Assembly: GCF_006345805.1 (NCBI RefSeq)
Contig: NW_021835682.1
Coordinates: 1 to 42,021, forward strand
Direction: 5' to 3'
DNA: 42,021 nucleotides
From: Octopus sinensis
Lineage: Eukaryota
Of the stretch, positions 1 through 11,943 are shown in pieces. A program made the translations under genes and the position numbers. The notes beneath the pieces are model-generated. The model had not been told where the DNA came from, made no database searches, and saw nothing but the letters and a program-made list of their open reading frames with translations. Each line of letters begins with the position of its first letter. The stretch's first letter is position 1.

Positions 1-66
1 AATGCATACGTACATACATACATACACACACGAAACGCTCGGACCTGAGTCATTCTGTTAGGTCTG

Positions 67-69
<3 letters not shown>

Positions 70-113
<44 letters not shown>
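70..113. repeat. (TAA)n microsatellite at the tail of the adjacent SINE
   Basis: Direct reading; source of the poly-I ORF 58..309. Confidence 0.95.
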
Positions 114-115
<2 letters not shown>

Positions 116-327
116 TTCCTTTCTACTAAAGGCACAAGGACTGAAATTTGGGGAGAGGGGACTAGTCGATTATATCGACCCAGTTTTTCACTGGTACTTA
201 ATTTATCGACCCCGAAAGGATGAAAAGAAAAGTCAACCTCGACGGAAGTTGAATACAGAACGCAAAGGTAGACGAAATGCCACTTACCATTTACCTGGCG
301 TGCTAACAATTCTGCCAGCTCACCGCC
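114..327 (-). mobile_element. tRNA-derived SINE, family A (head GGCGGTGAGCTGGCAGAATTGTTAGCAC)
   Basis: Minus strand shows an A-box-like head, a decayed B-box, the body ..GTCGATAAATTAAGTACCAG.. and the tail CCTTGTGCCTTTAGTAGAAAGG; more than 10 related copies in the window. Confidence 0.85.
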
Positions 328-483
328 TTAGACTTCATATATATATTAACTGGTATTAGAATTCGCTTAACGAATAGTTGTCTTGGATACCAAGAAGAAA
401 CTGTTCATTGCCGAAGAGAAAATATTTCTTCAAAGATTTACATTAGTTATATTAGCGCTGTTTTTAGCAATGTTGATAAATTG

Positions 484-979
484 CTAATAGAGTAAGTTAT
501 CAACGGAGATTAGCAGAAGATGGTGAGGGGGAAAAAGAAGAAAAGCTGACGGTGATGGAAAAAAGAAAAGAGAAAAGATTGAGTAGAGAAGGACGGAAGG
601 AAGGAAGGAAGGGAAGTTCGAAGAAAGAGATGAAAGACCGGAAGAAAGTAGGAAGGATGTGAGAAGGGAAGATAGAAAGGAAGAAATAAAGCGAACGAAA
701 TAAAGAATGCATGAAGGAATTAAGACAGAAAGAAATAAAGAAAACACGAAAGAAAGAAACGAGAGGTGGGTGCAAATAAGTAAATAAATAAATACATAAA
801 GGAGGGAGGAAATGAAAGAAAGAAAGGGAAAAGGAAATGGAAGATAAAAAGGAAAGAAGAAAAGAAGGAAGCAGGGAAGAAAGAAAGAAAATAAGAGTCA
901 GGTAGGAAATTATGGAACGAAAAAAAGAAAAGCATGGCAGATGGACAATAAGAGAAAAGGAAAATATGAAAGGAAGGAA

Positions 980-1011
<32 letters not shown>

Positions 1012-1315
1012 AAATAAAAGAGACAGGTGGGAAATTATGAAACGTAAGAAGAAAAGCATGGAAGATGGACAATAAGAGAAAAAGAAAATATGAAAGGAAC
1101 GAAAAGAAAGTTAGAAGGGGAAAAGGAAATAGAAGAAAGAAAAGGAAGGAAGAAAAAGAAGGAAGCAGGAAAGAAAGAAAGAAAATAAGAGACAGGTGAG
1201 AAATTATGGAACGAAAGAAAGAAAAGCATGAAAGATGGACAATAAGAGAAAAGGAAAATATGAAAGGAAGGAAAAGAAGGAAAGAAAGAGGGAGGAAAGG
1301 TGAAAGAGAGAGTAA
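484..1315. repeat. Polypurine (GAAA/GGAA) tract containing three copies of an ~80-nt core
   Basis: Core GAAATTATGGAACG..AAAAGCATGG.AGATGGACAATAAGAGAAAAGGAAAATATGAAAGGAAGGAAAAG recurs at ~905, ~1031 and ~1200. Confidence 0.9.
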
Positions 1316-1498
1316 AATATATCGTGTCAGGATATGATTGTCATTTAAAATTTCAACTTGTTGCTAAATTGTCGTTCTTCGTTTCCTCCCTCATTCCTTT
1401 TTCTCTTTATTTATTCTATCATTTGTTGATTCATTCTTGACTCCTTCTCTATTTTCCCATTTCAGCTGATTTTTCATTATCTTCATTCAACTTCTTCT

Positions 1499-1982
1499 TT
1501 GCAGCAGCAAAAGCAGCAGCAACATAGCTTTCATCAAAATTACAAACAGCACCATCACCACCACGACCACAACCACCACCACCACAACCACAACCACCAT
1601 CACCACCACCACCACCACAACCACCACCACCACCACCACCACCACCATCACCACAACCACCACCACCACCTCATCCCAACACATTCAAGAAAGCACTCCA
1701 TCACCGTCACATCCTCCTCCTCTTCCTCCTTGTCATCATCATCATCATCCTCATCATCACCACCACCAATAATAACACTACCACCATCCTAACTTATGAC
1801 ATCAGGATCTAGTCACATACCCTTCGTCATCTCCAAAACCAATACGAACGACACCTCAGCCACCTACCACTACCGCCACCAACACCATCATCATCATCAT
1901 CATCCTCATCATTATTATCATCATCATCATCATCATCATCACCATCATCATTATAATCACTAACATCGTCGTCATCATCACC

Positions 1983-2014
<32 letters not shown>

Positions 2015-2045
2015 CACCATCAGACTGTTCATCATCACCGTTCCC
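1499..2045. repeat. Mixed (CAC)/(CAT)/(CAA) trinucleotide low-complexity tract
   Basis: Direct reading; explains the His/Ser/Val/Met-rich ORFs. Confidence 0.9.
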
Positions 2046-2277
2046 CTTCATTGGTCAGTTCCCATTATCGCCGCTACCTCTATTAACCATCATTATCGCT
2101 AAGTACGTGTCCACTTATGATAAATCGTTAGCGACATCTTCAAGATGAGTCTTTTAGAAGTTTCTCTGTTAATAAAACTGAAACCATTTATCTTATTAAA
2201 AAACAAAATGGGAAAAAGTGATGGAGATAATAATAGAAACAGCAATACAGATACTTCGAAATGCATGTATATATATG

Positions 2278-2308
<31 letters not shown>

Positions 2309-2449
2309 TTGTGTGTGTTTTGAATGCGTACAAATAACACGGAAAAAATAAATATTTATCAGGGTAGCAAAAATTCACATGAGCACCAAGGATGTTACAG
2401 CCGTCTTATAAAGGTTGAAATTCCAGGGTTTAGTGAAATGTTTCTGTTT

Positions 2450-2728
2450 AACATAGATAAATTAAGAAATCGAGTTAAATACGTATATATAAATACTGGG
2501 CTTAGTAAATTAATCTGGTATCTAAAAGATCATAATAAACAATTTAATTTGGAATGGAATATTCTCACTATTTCTTTACCTCATGACCAAGGTAAATCTA
2601 CCTGCTCCCTTTTTAATAGGGGAATATTTGTTGTCCTATTTTCAAAAAATCCCCTTGTAAACGCGTTTATAGAACGCGTTTATCGTTGAAAACATTGGAA
2701 GAAACATTCCTTTAATTTCTATAAGTGA
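2450..2728 (+). pseudogene. Penelope-like GIY-YIG endonuclease C-terminal fragment (decayed)
   Basis: NTGLSKLIWYLKDHNKQFNLEWNILTISLPHDQGKSTCSLFNRGIFVVLFSKNPLVN..ERVYR*KHWKKH matches the remembered PLE pattern T.LSK.IW.LK....F.I.W.I....PY......C.LC..EK..I......LN.R.E....CRH..K; in-frame stop at 2687-2689. Confidence 0.72.
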
Positions 2729-3018
2729 TTTCTACCATTTATTAAAATTCGACCTTTGACTGTCTTCTTACATTGCACTTCCACTAAATATATCTACATT
2801 TATTCTTTTAAGCTTTATACTAATTCACCTTTCGCCCTATATCTGTCCACTATAAGTTTTCTGCTAATTTCTTTCTTTCTCCTCCTTCTCTTTCTAAAAA
2901 TACCTTTGATGTCATATATATTAAGGTTTTATTCTTTTAATTTAATAGTGTTCCCTTCATCATATACGCAATCATCGCATTCTGTTAAAATGTCTTATTG
3001 ATGTGTTTGGTTCCTTTC

Positions 3019-3107
3019 TTTCCCTGAAGAGAAGGTTGCATAGTTTTGCAACATTTTTTTTCCTTCTGGAATAATACCAATGTTTTCTCCGAAACATATG
3101 TCGGAAG
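3019..3107 (+). ncRNA. Minimal type I hammerhead ribozyme motif with enlarged helix II loop
   Basis: Helix I UUUCC(3019-23)/GGAAG(3103-07); core CUGAAGA 3024-30; helix II base GAAGG/UCUCC with one A.C mismatch; GAAA 3091-94; palindromic helix III ACAUAUGU; GUC cleavage triplet ending at 3102. Confidence 0.65.
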
Positions 3108-3155
3108 TAAAACAATTTGAATAGCATCTGTGTTTAACCCCATTTATATATTTGC

Positions 3156-3157
<2 letters not shown>

Positions 3158-3196
<39 letters not shown>

Positions 3197-3212
3197 ATAT
3201 TATATAATATAT

Positions 3213-3300
<88 letters not shown>
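3158..3300. repeat. Compound (CT)n-(TA)n-(GATA)n microsatellite
   Basis: Direct reading. Confidence 0.95.
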
Positions 3301-3539
3301 GCGACTAAAAATATATTCTTTATTTACATTTTTTGCTTTCATTGCTCATGCAGCTATTATCGATGTCATTGTTTTTATCATTATTTTTTAATGGCACTTA
3401 TTTTTTTTAGTCTATGGTTTTATTTCCATGCAGAAATTTGCGAATATTTCTATCGCCCACTAAAATGGAAAAAACTTAATCTGTGAAACATAGTTGGAAC
3501 TAGACAGATAGGTAGATAGATAATGGGAAACAGGGAGAG

Positions 3540-3633
3540 AGACAGAAATAGAAATATACATATATATTTACACGTATGTACATATATGTATATATATGCA
3601 TAATTTGTATGCATGCATATATGCATATGTACA

Positions 3634-3672
<39 letters not shown>

Positions 3673-3960
3673 TATTATACATATGCGCATATATATGTGC
3701 GTGTGTGTGTGTGTGTGTATTTGTGTGTTTATCTGTGCATGCATGTATGTACGTACGCAAGTATGTATTCGGAACTACAAGGAGATAAACAGACTACAAT
3801 CGAAAAAAATGAAAAATGATGTAAACATCATCTGAACACAAATACAGACACACTCACCTACTACACTCACATTCACACTCACACACAGACATATGTGTAC
3901 ATACACACACACATATATATATGTATATATAAACATATCATAAGTAACTATATATATATA

Positions 3961-4021
<61 letters not shown>

Positions 4022-4100
4022 TACTACATATATATATAGTATATATACTAAAATAAATACAATATACATATGTGTATATATATAAACATATCCATACGTA

Positions 4101-4171
<71 letters not shown>

Positions 4172-5068
4172 TATATACATATACATACTGTTCGTATATT
4201 GTATATATATATATATTATTAACATCATGATGCTGTATTGATGATACTAAAAACGATAATGTCTAGACAATATCGTTTCTACCATCAAAAGCTACGACCG
4301 AAAACATATGCAGCAACGCCGTCTCCCTCTCCACCAACTTACTGTGGAACGAAGCCACTTATCCGTTCAGTGGATTATGTTTTTCTTAAAGATGTGTCAT
4401 AAAGAGCAACATTCGCTCCGTCTGATAGGTACCAGAGGGAATATACAGTGCTCGGTATGAGTAAATTCAAGATGGTTCAAGGATATATCCAACATCGGAA
4501 ACCCTTTAAGTGTAGAGAAAAAATAGTCCTCCAACGCTGTTTCCTTCTTTATGTGGAAGTTTAGAAACCAAATCCTAGGAAACACTGCAGCCATTGCTTG
4601 TCAGAGAAATTGTATGCACTGCATCCCTTAACAGATACATGTGATATTCGATTTCCGTCAATGATCCTGATAAAAACACCCGTGAATTATTACAAGAAGG
4701 TGTTAGGTTACTATGAAATGTTTCAAATTCGTATTGCTAAATGACGATAGTCATGGCTGGATTTTCTCCCTTAAATTGTGGTAATATTATCGGTGCCTCA
4801 AAAAATGCAGGTTACGATATTATGTGCCTTTCTTTGCTCAATGGTAATGAAGAGTATAAACAACAAATAAGGATATGCTTTTCAAGTCATATGCGGCTAA
4901 TAAATTATTATAGCAAACATCTGAGCGATTTTACACGTTGTTCGATTGCCTATAGAACTCGGAGTAATGAAGAAGCCCAAAATTAGTTATTCAATTACAC
5001 GAATGTGAAAATGTCAATCTATGTACATATAAGCTACGCACATACATAGATACAAATACCATACATAC

Positions 5069-5112
<44 letters not shown>

Positions 5113-5144
5113 CTATATATACATATATATATATATATATATAC

Positions 5145-5192
<48 letters not shown>

Positions 5193-5200
5193 GTATTATG

Positions 5201-5232
<32 letters not shown>

Positions 5233-5449
5233 CTATATATGTATACCACGCACATGCGCATAAAACAATGTATATTTACGAACAAGATCGGTGACGTGCA
5301 ACCTCAACCCAAACCACGACCGTTACCAGATCACGGCTGCTAACAACATTAACAACAAAAATACTTTAATAATATCAAATAAATTATGAACAAAAACACA
5401 CACACACACACACACACAGACGCAGAACACACACACACATCACACACAT

Positions 5450-5481
<32 letters not shown>

Positions 5482-5629
5482 AAACAACAATAACAAATAC
5501 ATCAGAGGAAATAATTCAATTATAACACATTATGGAATAAAATTATCAATAATATTTATGTAAATTCCATCAAGGAAATTGAAGAGATTCCTGTGTTTCA
5601 ACATACCAGCATATATATATGTAATATAT

Positions 5630-5689
<60 letters not shown>

Positions 5690-5942
5690 CACATATACAA
5701 TATATACATGTATATACATACATACTTGATTGCATATAAACGTGCATATATGCGTAGAGAAATATATATTTAGCCTTACTTATATACACATATATACATG
5801 CTTTTACGTATATGTGTATGTAAGTTTTTTAGGAATAATGGAATAAATAAAAAAAATGGGCAATTTCAATTACGAGCAAAAACAAGTGAAAATAAAAAAT
5901 AAGTATATATGTATTCATAAGTATCTATATAATATATATATG

Positions 5943-5986
<44 letters not shown>

Positions 5987-6421
5987 ATATATATTTATAA
6001 TATATATAATATATATAATGTATTATATATACACATATATGCATATGCACTTACATATGCATATATTTTAATGAACACACACACACTATATATATACATA
6101 GTTATATGTACATGTAGATATGTATACGTGTGTCTGTCTCTGTGTGTGTGTCTACGTGTGTATACATGTGTATGTATGATAAACTAAGAATCAATAGAAG
6201 ATAAAAGTCATGTTGGCATAAATAAAACAACCAACTCTTTTCCTCTCTCTCTCTCTTTCTTTCTCTCTTACACGCTCTCTCTCTTTCTACCTTCCTCGCT
6301 CTCTCTTTCTCTCTGTCACTCTTTATATATCTATCATTCTACCTAGATATCTAAATAAGCTATATACACATATATACCTATATGTTACATACATTCTTAT
6401 GTATGTATGTGTGTTGTGTTA

Positions 6422-6481
<60 letters not shown>

Positions 6482-6675
6482 GTATGCATGTATGTATGTA
6501 TGTGTGTATGTATGTGGTGATGATGTATATAATATATATATATATATATATATGTACGTATGTATGTATGTATGTATGTATGTGTGTATGTGATGTATGG
6601 ATGTTGTGTGTATGTGTATGTATGTATGTATGTACGTATGTGTGTATGTGTATGTATGTATACATGTATATATAA
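3540..6675. repeat. Field of (TA)n, (TG)n, (CA)n, (TATG)n and (CT)n microsatellites with short unique spacers
   Basis: Direct reading; source of the YI/HT/VC-repeat ORFs. Confidence 0.9.
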
Positions 6676-6680
6676 ATATT

Positions 6681-7073
6681 CTTTTATTCTTTTCTTTTAC
6701 TTGTTTCAATCATTTTGACTGCGGACATGCTGGAGCACCACCTTAAAGTGTTTATTAGTCGAAGCAGTCGACCCCAGGACTTATTCTTTGTAAGCCTAGT
6801 ACTTGTTCTGTCGGTATGTTTTGCCGAGCCGCTAAGTTATGGGGATGTAAACACAATAATATTTGCTGTCAAGCGATGGTGGAGAGGAAACCAGAAACAC
6901 ATAGATACACGCACATAAATATATGACCGGTTTCTTTCGGTTTCCGTCTACTAAATCCACTCACAAGGTTGGTCCGAGGCTAAGGTAGAAGACATTTGCC
7001 GAAGATGCCACGCAGTGGGACTGAACCCGGAACCATGTGGTTGGTAAGCAAGTTACTTACCACACAACCACGC
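6681..7073 (-). mobile_element. tRNA-derived SINE, family B (near full length)
   Basis: Minus strand: GTGGTTGTGTGGTAAGTAAC.. A-box region, GGTTCCGGGTTCAGTCCC B-box, body ..CGCTTGACAGC..CCTGGGGTCGACTG.., tail GAAACAAGTAAAAG..; eight or more related copies in the window. Confidence 0.85.
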
Positions 7074-7441
7074 AGATATGTGTATGCTTGTGTGTGTTAG
7101 TATGTGTGCGTGTGCGTGAGTGTGTGTGTGGTGGTGTGTGTGTCTGTCTGTATGAGCGTGCAAATATCTATGTATACACACGTAGACTTATTTGTGTGTA
7201 TATGTATGTGCACGTGGGTGTGCTCGCATACGTGTCTGCGTGTGTATGTGTATTCGTGTGAAAAAGGACAGAAAGGGTACCCAAAGCATCAAATAGTGTG
7301 TCATGTATTACTTGAGCCTTATGTCCGTTGCAACTCCGAGTTTATATTTTGTTCGTATCAGCATTTTATCTTTTACCCGGATGTATTTTTATGTGTCTTT
7401 GTTATAATTGTTGGATTACAATTTGAGAGATATTTCGTTGC

Positions 7442-7740
7442 TATTTCTAACACATAGCGAGTTCTCCAATGACTGACGCTTTGTCGGCCAGACCCATGAT
7501 CTAGAATATTCTTACTCCAACCACACCTTATTATGGCGATGAGGAGTCTGCTTGCACCTTCATTTGATGTGTCCTTCCGGGCAGTGTATGTCTTAATGTG
7601 CTTTGGTTGTTATTTCTAGAATATCGTCAATGTCGTAGCGAGTTCTCTGATGGCTCACACTTGATCGATAAGACACGTGATCTAAGATATTCCTACCATC
7701 TACATTTGCCCTTCACTTATTACGATGTGTCCTTCCCGAC
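7442..7740. repeat. Diverged tandem duplication (unit ~160-180 bp), unclassified
   Basis: TAGCGAGTTCTC..GATCT..ATATTC.TAC at 7455-7518 and 7636-7700; GATGTGTCCTTCC at 7566 and 7724. Confidence 0.75.
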
Positions 7741-8059
7741 GGAGTTTGACAAGAAGGTTTTTGACTGCTATTTCTTGCAGAAACAGTGACCAGTGCATGT
7801 AGTTCAGTTGGTGTTTCAGTTCAAACATCTGGAGGTTGACATCGTGAACATCTGGAGAAGGATTTCTGGAGGAAAAAAATGTTGGCATTGAGAGGGGAAT
7901 TCCATAGAATTCTGGGAATGATGGATTAGAGGATGCATTTAGGGGTGGCGATTGTATGTGGGATGGGGTAAAATAGAGATGTCGACAGACAAGGGGCAGT
8001 GACGGAACAGTTACGATTGGTTGAGACTGGTTTAGACACAACTGGTTTTGGCTTTCTAA

Positions 8060-8520
8060 ATAGGGGTGTGGTGGTGATGGAGGTAGTGGTGGGGTTGGTG
8101 TTCATATGTTGATGATGTTGATGATGATGAAGTTAGTGGGGTGGTGGTGGTTGTTTTGGTGGTGGATGTGCCGCCGGCTGATTTGGGGAAGGTGGTAGTA
8201 GTAGTGGTGGTGGTGGTGTTTGTACTCGTTGAGTCTGTTGTGGTAGTACTGGTGGTGGTTATGCGAGTAATGTTGATGTTGTTGGTGGTGGTGATGATGG
8301 TGCTGCTGCTGTTAATGAAGGTGGAGATAATGGTGGTGGTGCTAGTGGTGGGGTGTTGACGGTAGCAGTGGTGGTGGTGGTGATGGTGGTGGTAATGACG
8401 TTAGAGGATGTGGTACTGCCGCTGCTGCTGCTACCGCTGCTGCTGCTGCTGCCGCTGCTGCCGTTGCTGCCGTTGCTGCCGCTGCTGCTGCTGCTCTTGC
8501 TATTGTTGCTGCTGTTGCTT
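8060..8520. repeat. (GGT)/(GAT)/(GCT) low-complexity tract
   Basis: Direct reading; no frame stays open through it. Confidence 0.9.
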
Positions 8521-9267
8521 TAGCCAAACTTTTTCGACCATCGTCCCCCCTTAGCCACTTCTCCTTCTGTATTGACCCACTTTAGCCACTTCTCCTTCCG
8601 TATCGACCCCCTTTAGCCACTTCTACATCGGCCACCCTCCTCATTCAAAACACCTTTAATACCTCACCCTGCCGTACCATACCTTAAATGCGTACCGGGT
8701 ACTGAAGCTGGCAATTAAAATGTTACCTAAAATATGCATGAATGACAAATTTAGAAATTTTATTAAAGATGACACACTATTTTACATTTAAAACTACGTG
8801 TACGAGTATACAGTATTAAACTTTCAATTTTTATGAAATTGTTTTCACTGTTAGAAAATGTGGAAAACGCATCATATTGCTGGAATAATTATTATTAAAA
8901 CTGACAACCTAAATGTGATGTATCACCACGGTGATCCTGATTTCAAGGCATTGAAAACAGGCTGAATGTTGGTCAGTTTCAGTCTCATATCACCTTGTTC
9001 ATCCAAGTTCAGGCAATTTCTATAAGCAAACTCGTGACTGTCTGCATCCCCTCAATCACACCTCAATCTTTGATTACGATGCAGATTACGACATCAGGCC
9101 TCAAATGTTATTAACAGCAGACTTCTCACTATAGAGAAAATTTATTGTTTTCCCACGTTTCATGGTTTTTCAAGTAGTTCATCTGGTTGAGCTGGTCTTT
9201 CGCACGCCGACCCCCTTGGCTATCATCGACCCCTAGGTGTCCTGCGGACTCCCTTTGGCGACCTCTG
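8520..9267 (-). mobile_element. hAT-superfamily DNA transposon deletion derivative
   Basis: End reads CAGAGGTCGCCAAAGGGAGTCCGC (rc of 9244-9267), a hAT-type TIR. Minus strand 9024-8923 encodes YRNCLNLDEQGDMRLKLTNIQPVFNAL, resembling hAT/Buster-type C-termini (RNRLDI..RGDLRL.LT.I.P). Three ~31-bp subterminal repeats at 8545-8630. Confidence 0.65.
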
Positions 9268-9344
9268 CTTTAGCTAATAACGGAGACGAAGGAGTCGGTA
9301 ATTTTGGTTGTGGCAGTGGTAGTGGTGAGGATAGATTTAGCAAT

Positions 9345-9398
<54 letters not shown>

Positions 9399-9423
9399 CA
9401 GTAGTAGTAGTAGTAGTAGTAGT
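9345..9423. repeat. (TAG)n microsatellite
   Basis: Direct reading. Confidence 0.95.
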
Positions 9424-9444
9424 GACGTTGTTGGAAATGGTTGT

Positions 9445-9550
9445 TTCAATTTTTGGTTGCTTCATTTTTTAGTTGCTTGAATTTTTAGTAGCTTCAATTT
9501 TAGTTACTTCAATTTTTGGTTGCTTCAATTTTAGTTGCTTCAATTTTTAT
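9445..9550. repeat. ~15-16 bp minisatellite (TTTTAGTTGCTTCAAT)n, about 6 copies
   Basis: Direct reading. Confidence 0.85.
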
Positions 9551-9648
9551 AATTTCTGTTTAGTTTTCCCTGATTCAGTTCTCTTCTTGATCAAACGGTT
9601 AAGTTCGGGTCAATAGCGAATATGGGAAGAATGTTGCGTAGTCAATGG

Positions 9649-9744
9649 CAGTGGTTTCCAAACTTATCACAGTGGTTGCCAACAGTGGTACCCAACTCCT
9701 TTATTTAAACGTCTTTTCCCACGGCCCCCTTTTGATATGCCTAT

Positions 9745-9829
<85 letters not shown>

Positions 9830-9908
9830 TTTGCATTAAGTTCACGGACTCTCAGTACGATCTTTGTGGACCACCAGAGTTCCGCGAACCTCAGGTTGGG
9901 AACCAGTG
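9649..9908. mobile_element. hAT-type MITE with 8-bp TSD
   Basis: TIRs CAGTGGTTTCCAAAC / GTTGGGAACCAGTG; flanks GTCAATGG (9641-48) and GTCTATGG (9909-16); internal (TA)n. Confidence 0.75.
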
Positions 9909-10071
9909 GTCTATGGTCCTCCCCCAGTAAAAATACTCCGCGATGCAAACTTTTTACTTGCTTCAATTTTTATAATTTCTTTTATGCTTTCTCGGATTCT
10001 ATTCTCTTCTTGACCAAAGGGTCATGTTCCAGTCAAAAGAGGGTATCAGAGGAGTATCGCATAGTCTACGG

Positions 10072-10234
10072 TATTGGTTCCAAACAGTAGTTCCTAACCC
10101 TTTTATTTAAATGAGTTTTCCAAAGGAGGCGTTTTAATAGCCTTATCCTCATATATATCATATATATGTGTAAATTTGGATTTAGTTCACGGCCCCCAGT
10201 ACTGACTTTGCGGACCCCAGGTTGGGAACCACTG
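10072..10234. mobile_element. Second copy of the hAT-type MITE
   Basis: Right TIR GTTGGGAACCACTG 10221-34; decayed left TIRs at 10072 and 10085; flanks GTCTACGG (10064-71) and GTCTATGG (10235-42). Confidence 0.7.
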
Positions 10235-10334
10235 GTCTATGGCTTTCCCAGGGAAAAAATACTCCCTAATGCAAAAAGTTCAGCTTCCTAGTTGTAAAAC
10301 TATAACCCATATTCATGTTGCACTCTATAACATC

Positions 10335-10511
10335 TAATGGGTTCAGTCAAGGTTTTGAAGCCTAGTATTAATTCTATCGGTCTCTTTTTTGCCGAACCGC
10401 CATGTTACGGAGAGGTAAACACACCAACACAAGCAGCGGGGTGGGGGACAAACACAGACATATAGACACACATACATACATACAAACACACATAATATAC
10501 TGTGCCTTTTA

Positions 10512-10582
<71 letters not shown>

Positions 10583-10583
10583 T

Positions 10584-10644
<61 letters not shown>

Positions 10645-10760
10645 GAGATATAAGACGGACTTCTTTCTATTTCCGTCTACACAAATCCACACACAAGGCT
10701 TTGGTGGGCCTGAGGTCATAGAAGAAGATATTTGCTCAAGGTGTCATTCAGTGGGACCTT
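10335..10760 (-). mobile_element. SINE family B, 5'-decayed, with internal (TA)/(GATA) expansion
   Basis: Shares TTTTGCCGAACCG..GTAAACACACCAACAC and TTTCCGTCTAC.AAATCCAC.CACAAGGCTTTGG with 6681-7073. Confidence 0.8.
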
Positions 10761-10939
10761 GGGTAAGTATAAATATGTATTATTGAATGCAACGGGCTTC
10801 CGCTCAGTTTCTACCTACCAAAACTGGAAACCGCGTGGTTGTCAAGCGAGTTCCTTCATTACAAATCCACTTTCGAGCCTGTCTATCTTTCTACCTTTCT
10901 ATTTATTTACCTGTGTTTTTCTTTCTACCTACCTACTCA

Positions 10940-10957
10940 CCTCTCTCTCTATCTATC

Positions 10958-11019
<62 letters not shown>

Positions 11020-11205
11020 CATCCATCTATCTCTCTGTCAGTCTCTCTTGCCTTTCTGTCTGTATATCCACGTATTTATCTTTCTATCATTCAATCTATG
11101 TATTTATCCCCTTATCTATATATGTTACTATCTCTCTCACTCTGTCTCTCTCTCACATTCTATCTCTCTGTATCTATCTACCAATATATCTCTCCTGCTT
11201 TCTCG

Positions 11206-11251
<46 letters not shown>

Positions 11252-11318
11252 GTTTGTGTGTGTATAACAATCGCTCTCTCCCTCTGTCCCTCTCTCCTTG
11301 TGTATCGATCTATCTATC

Positions 11319-11349
<31 letters not shown>

Positions 11350-11355
11350 CTATCC

Positions 11356-11398
<43 letters not shown>

Positions 11399-11400
11399 AT
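10940..11400. repeat. (CTAT)n/(CT)n/(TA)n compound microsatellite
   Basis: Direct reading; source of the IYLS-repeat ORFs. Confidence 0.95.
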
Positions 11401-11753
11401 TAGGTGCAAGAATTACCCGATACGCCGTATTCCCCCTTCTTCTTCCCATAGCTTACGAATCTATCCAAATTCATGAGTTTCGCTGTATAACAATATAAAG
11501 AGCTGCCATTATATTCTGTTTGTAAGAATTACGGTACCACATCGTTCTACCAAGTGAACAACAAAATCTGTCTCTCCTAACTGATTGAATTATCATTAGA
11601 TTCAATCAAGATTTTTCCCCTAAAATTGGTATTGAATTTGGGCGGGGAGGAAATAAAAAAAATAAATGTTATTCAATTGATAGCGTTTATCGTCAGGTAA
11701 TTCAATGGAACTGAATTTCACTTAGGTTAAATGATAATAATAATAACAACAAC

Positions 11754-11790
<37 letters not shown>

Positions 11791-11912
11791 TGAATAACAA
11801 CAGCTACAATAGAGATAAAGACAAGAATTTAAGTGTCTTTTGTTACTTTTAGCTTGTATCTATCACAGTTGTAAAATGCTGTTATCCAAAGTCTTTTTCT
11901 TATACGAGGTGC

Positions 11913-11943
<31 letters not shown>

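Larger units (their letters stand above)
2330..3140 (+). mobile_element. Penelope-like retroelement remnant (3' end of ORF plus 3' UTR/pseudo-LTR)
   Basis: Decayed endonuclease C-terminus followed ~300 nt later by a hammerhead motif on the same strand; bounded by microsatellites. Confidence 0.7.

Noticed and set aside
1499-1792. His-rich ORF behind a good acceptor, as a possible cephalopod His-rich structural protein
   Set aside because: It is a drifting CAC/CAA/CAT tract that shifts into poly-Ser, lacks Gly-His repeat structure and a signal peptide, and similar tracts occur throughout the window.
3940-4200. Periodic ATTA/TAAT interruptions in (TA)n tracts as a coded pattern
   Set aside because: Irregular spacing; best explained by slippage or sequencing indels in long dinucleotide runs.
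4260-5000. Unique segment with short ORFs and a minus-strand GTAAGT donor near 4340
   Set aside because: Every acceptor-donor pairing I tried contains stops in all frames; no recognisable peptide.
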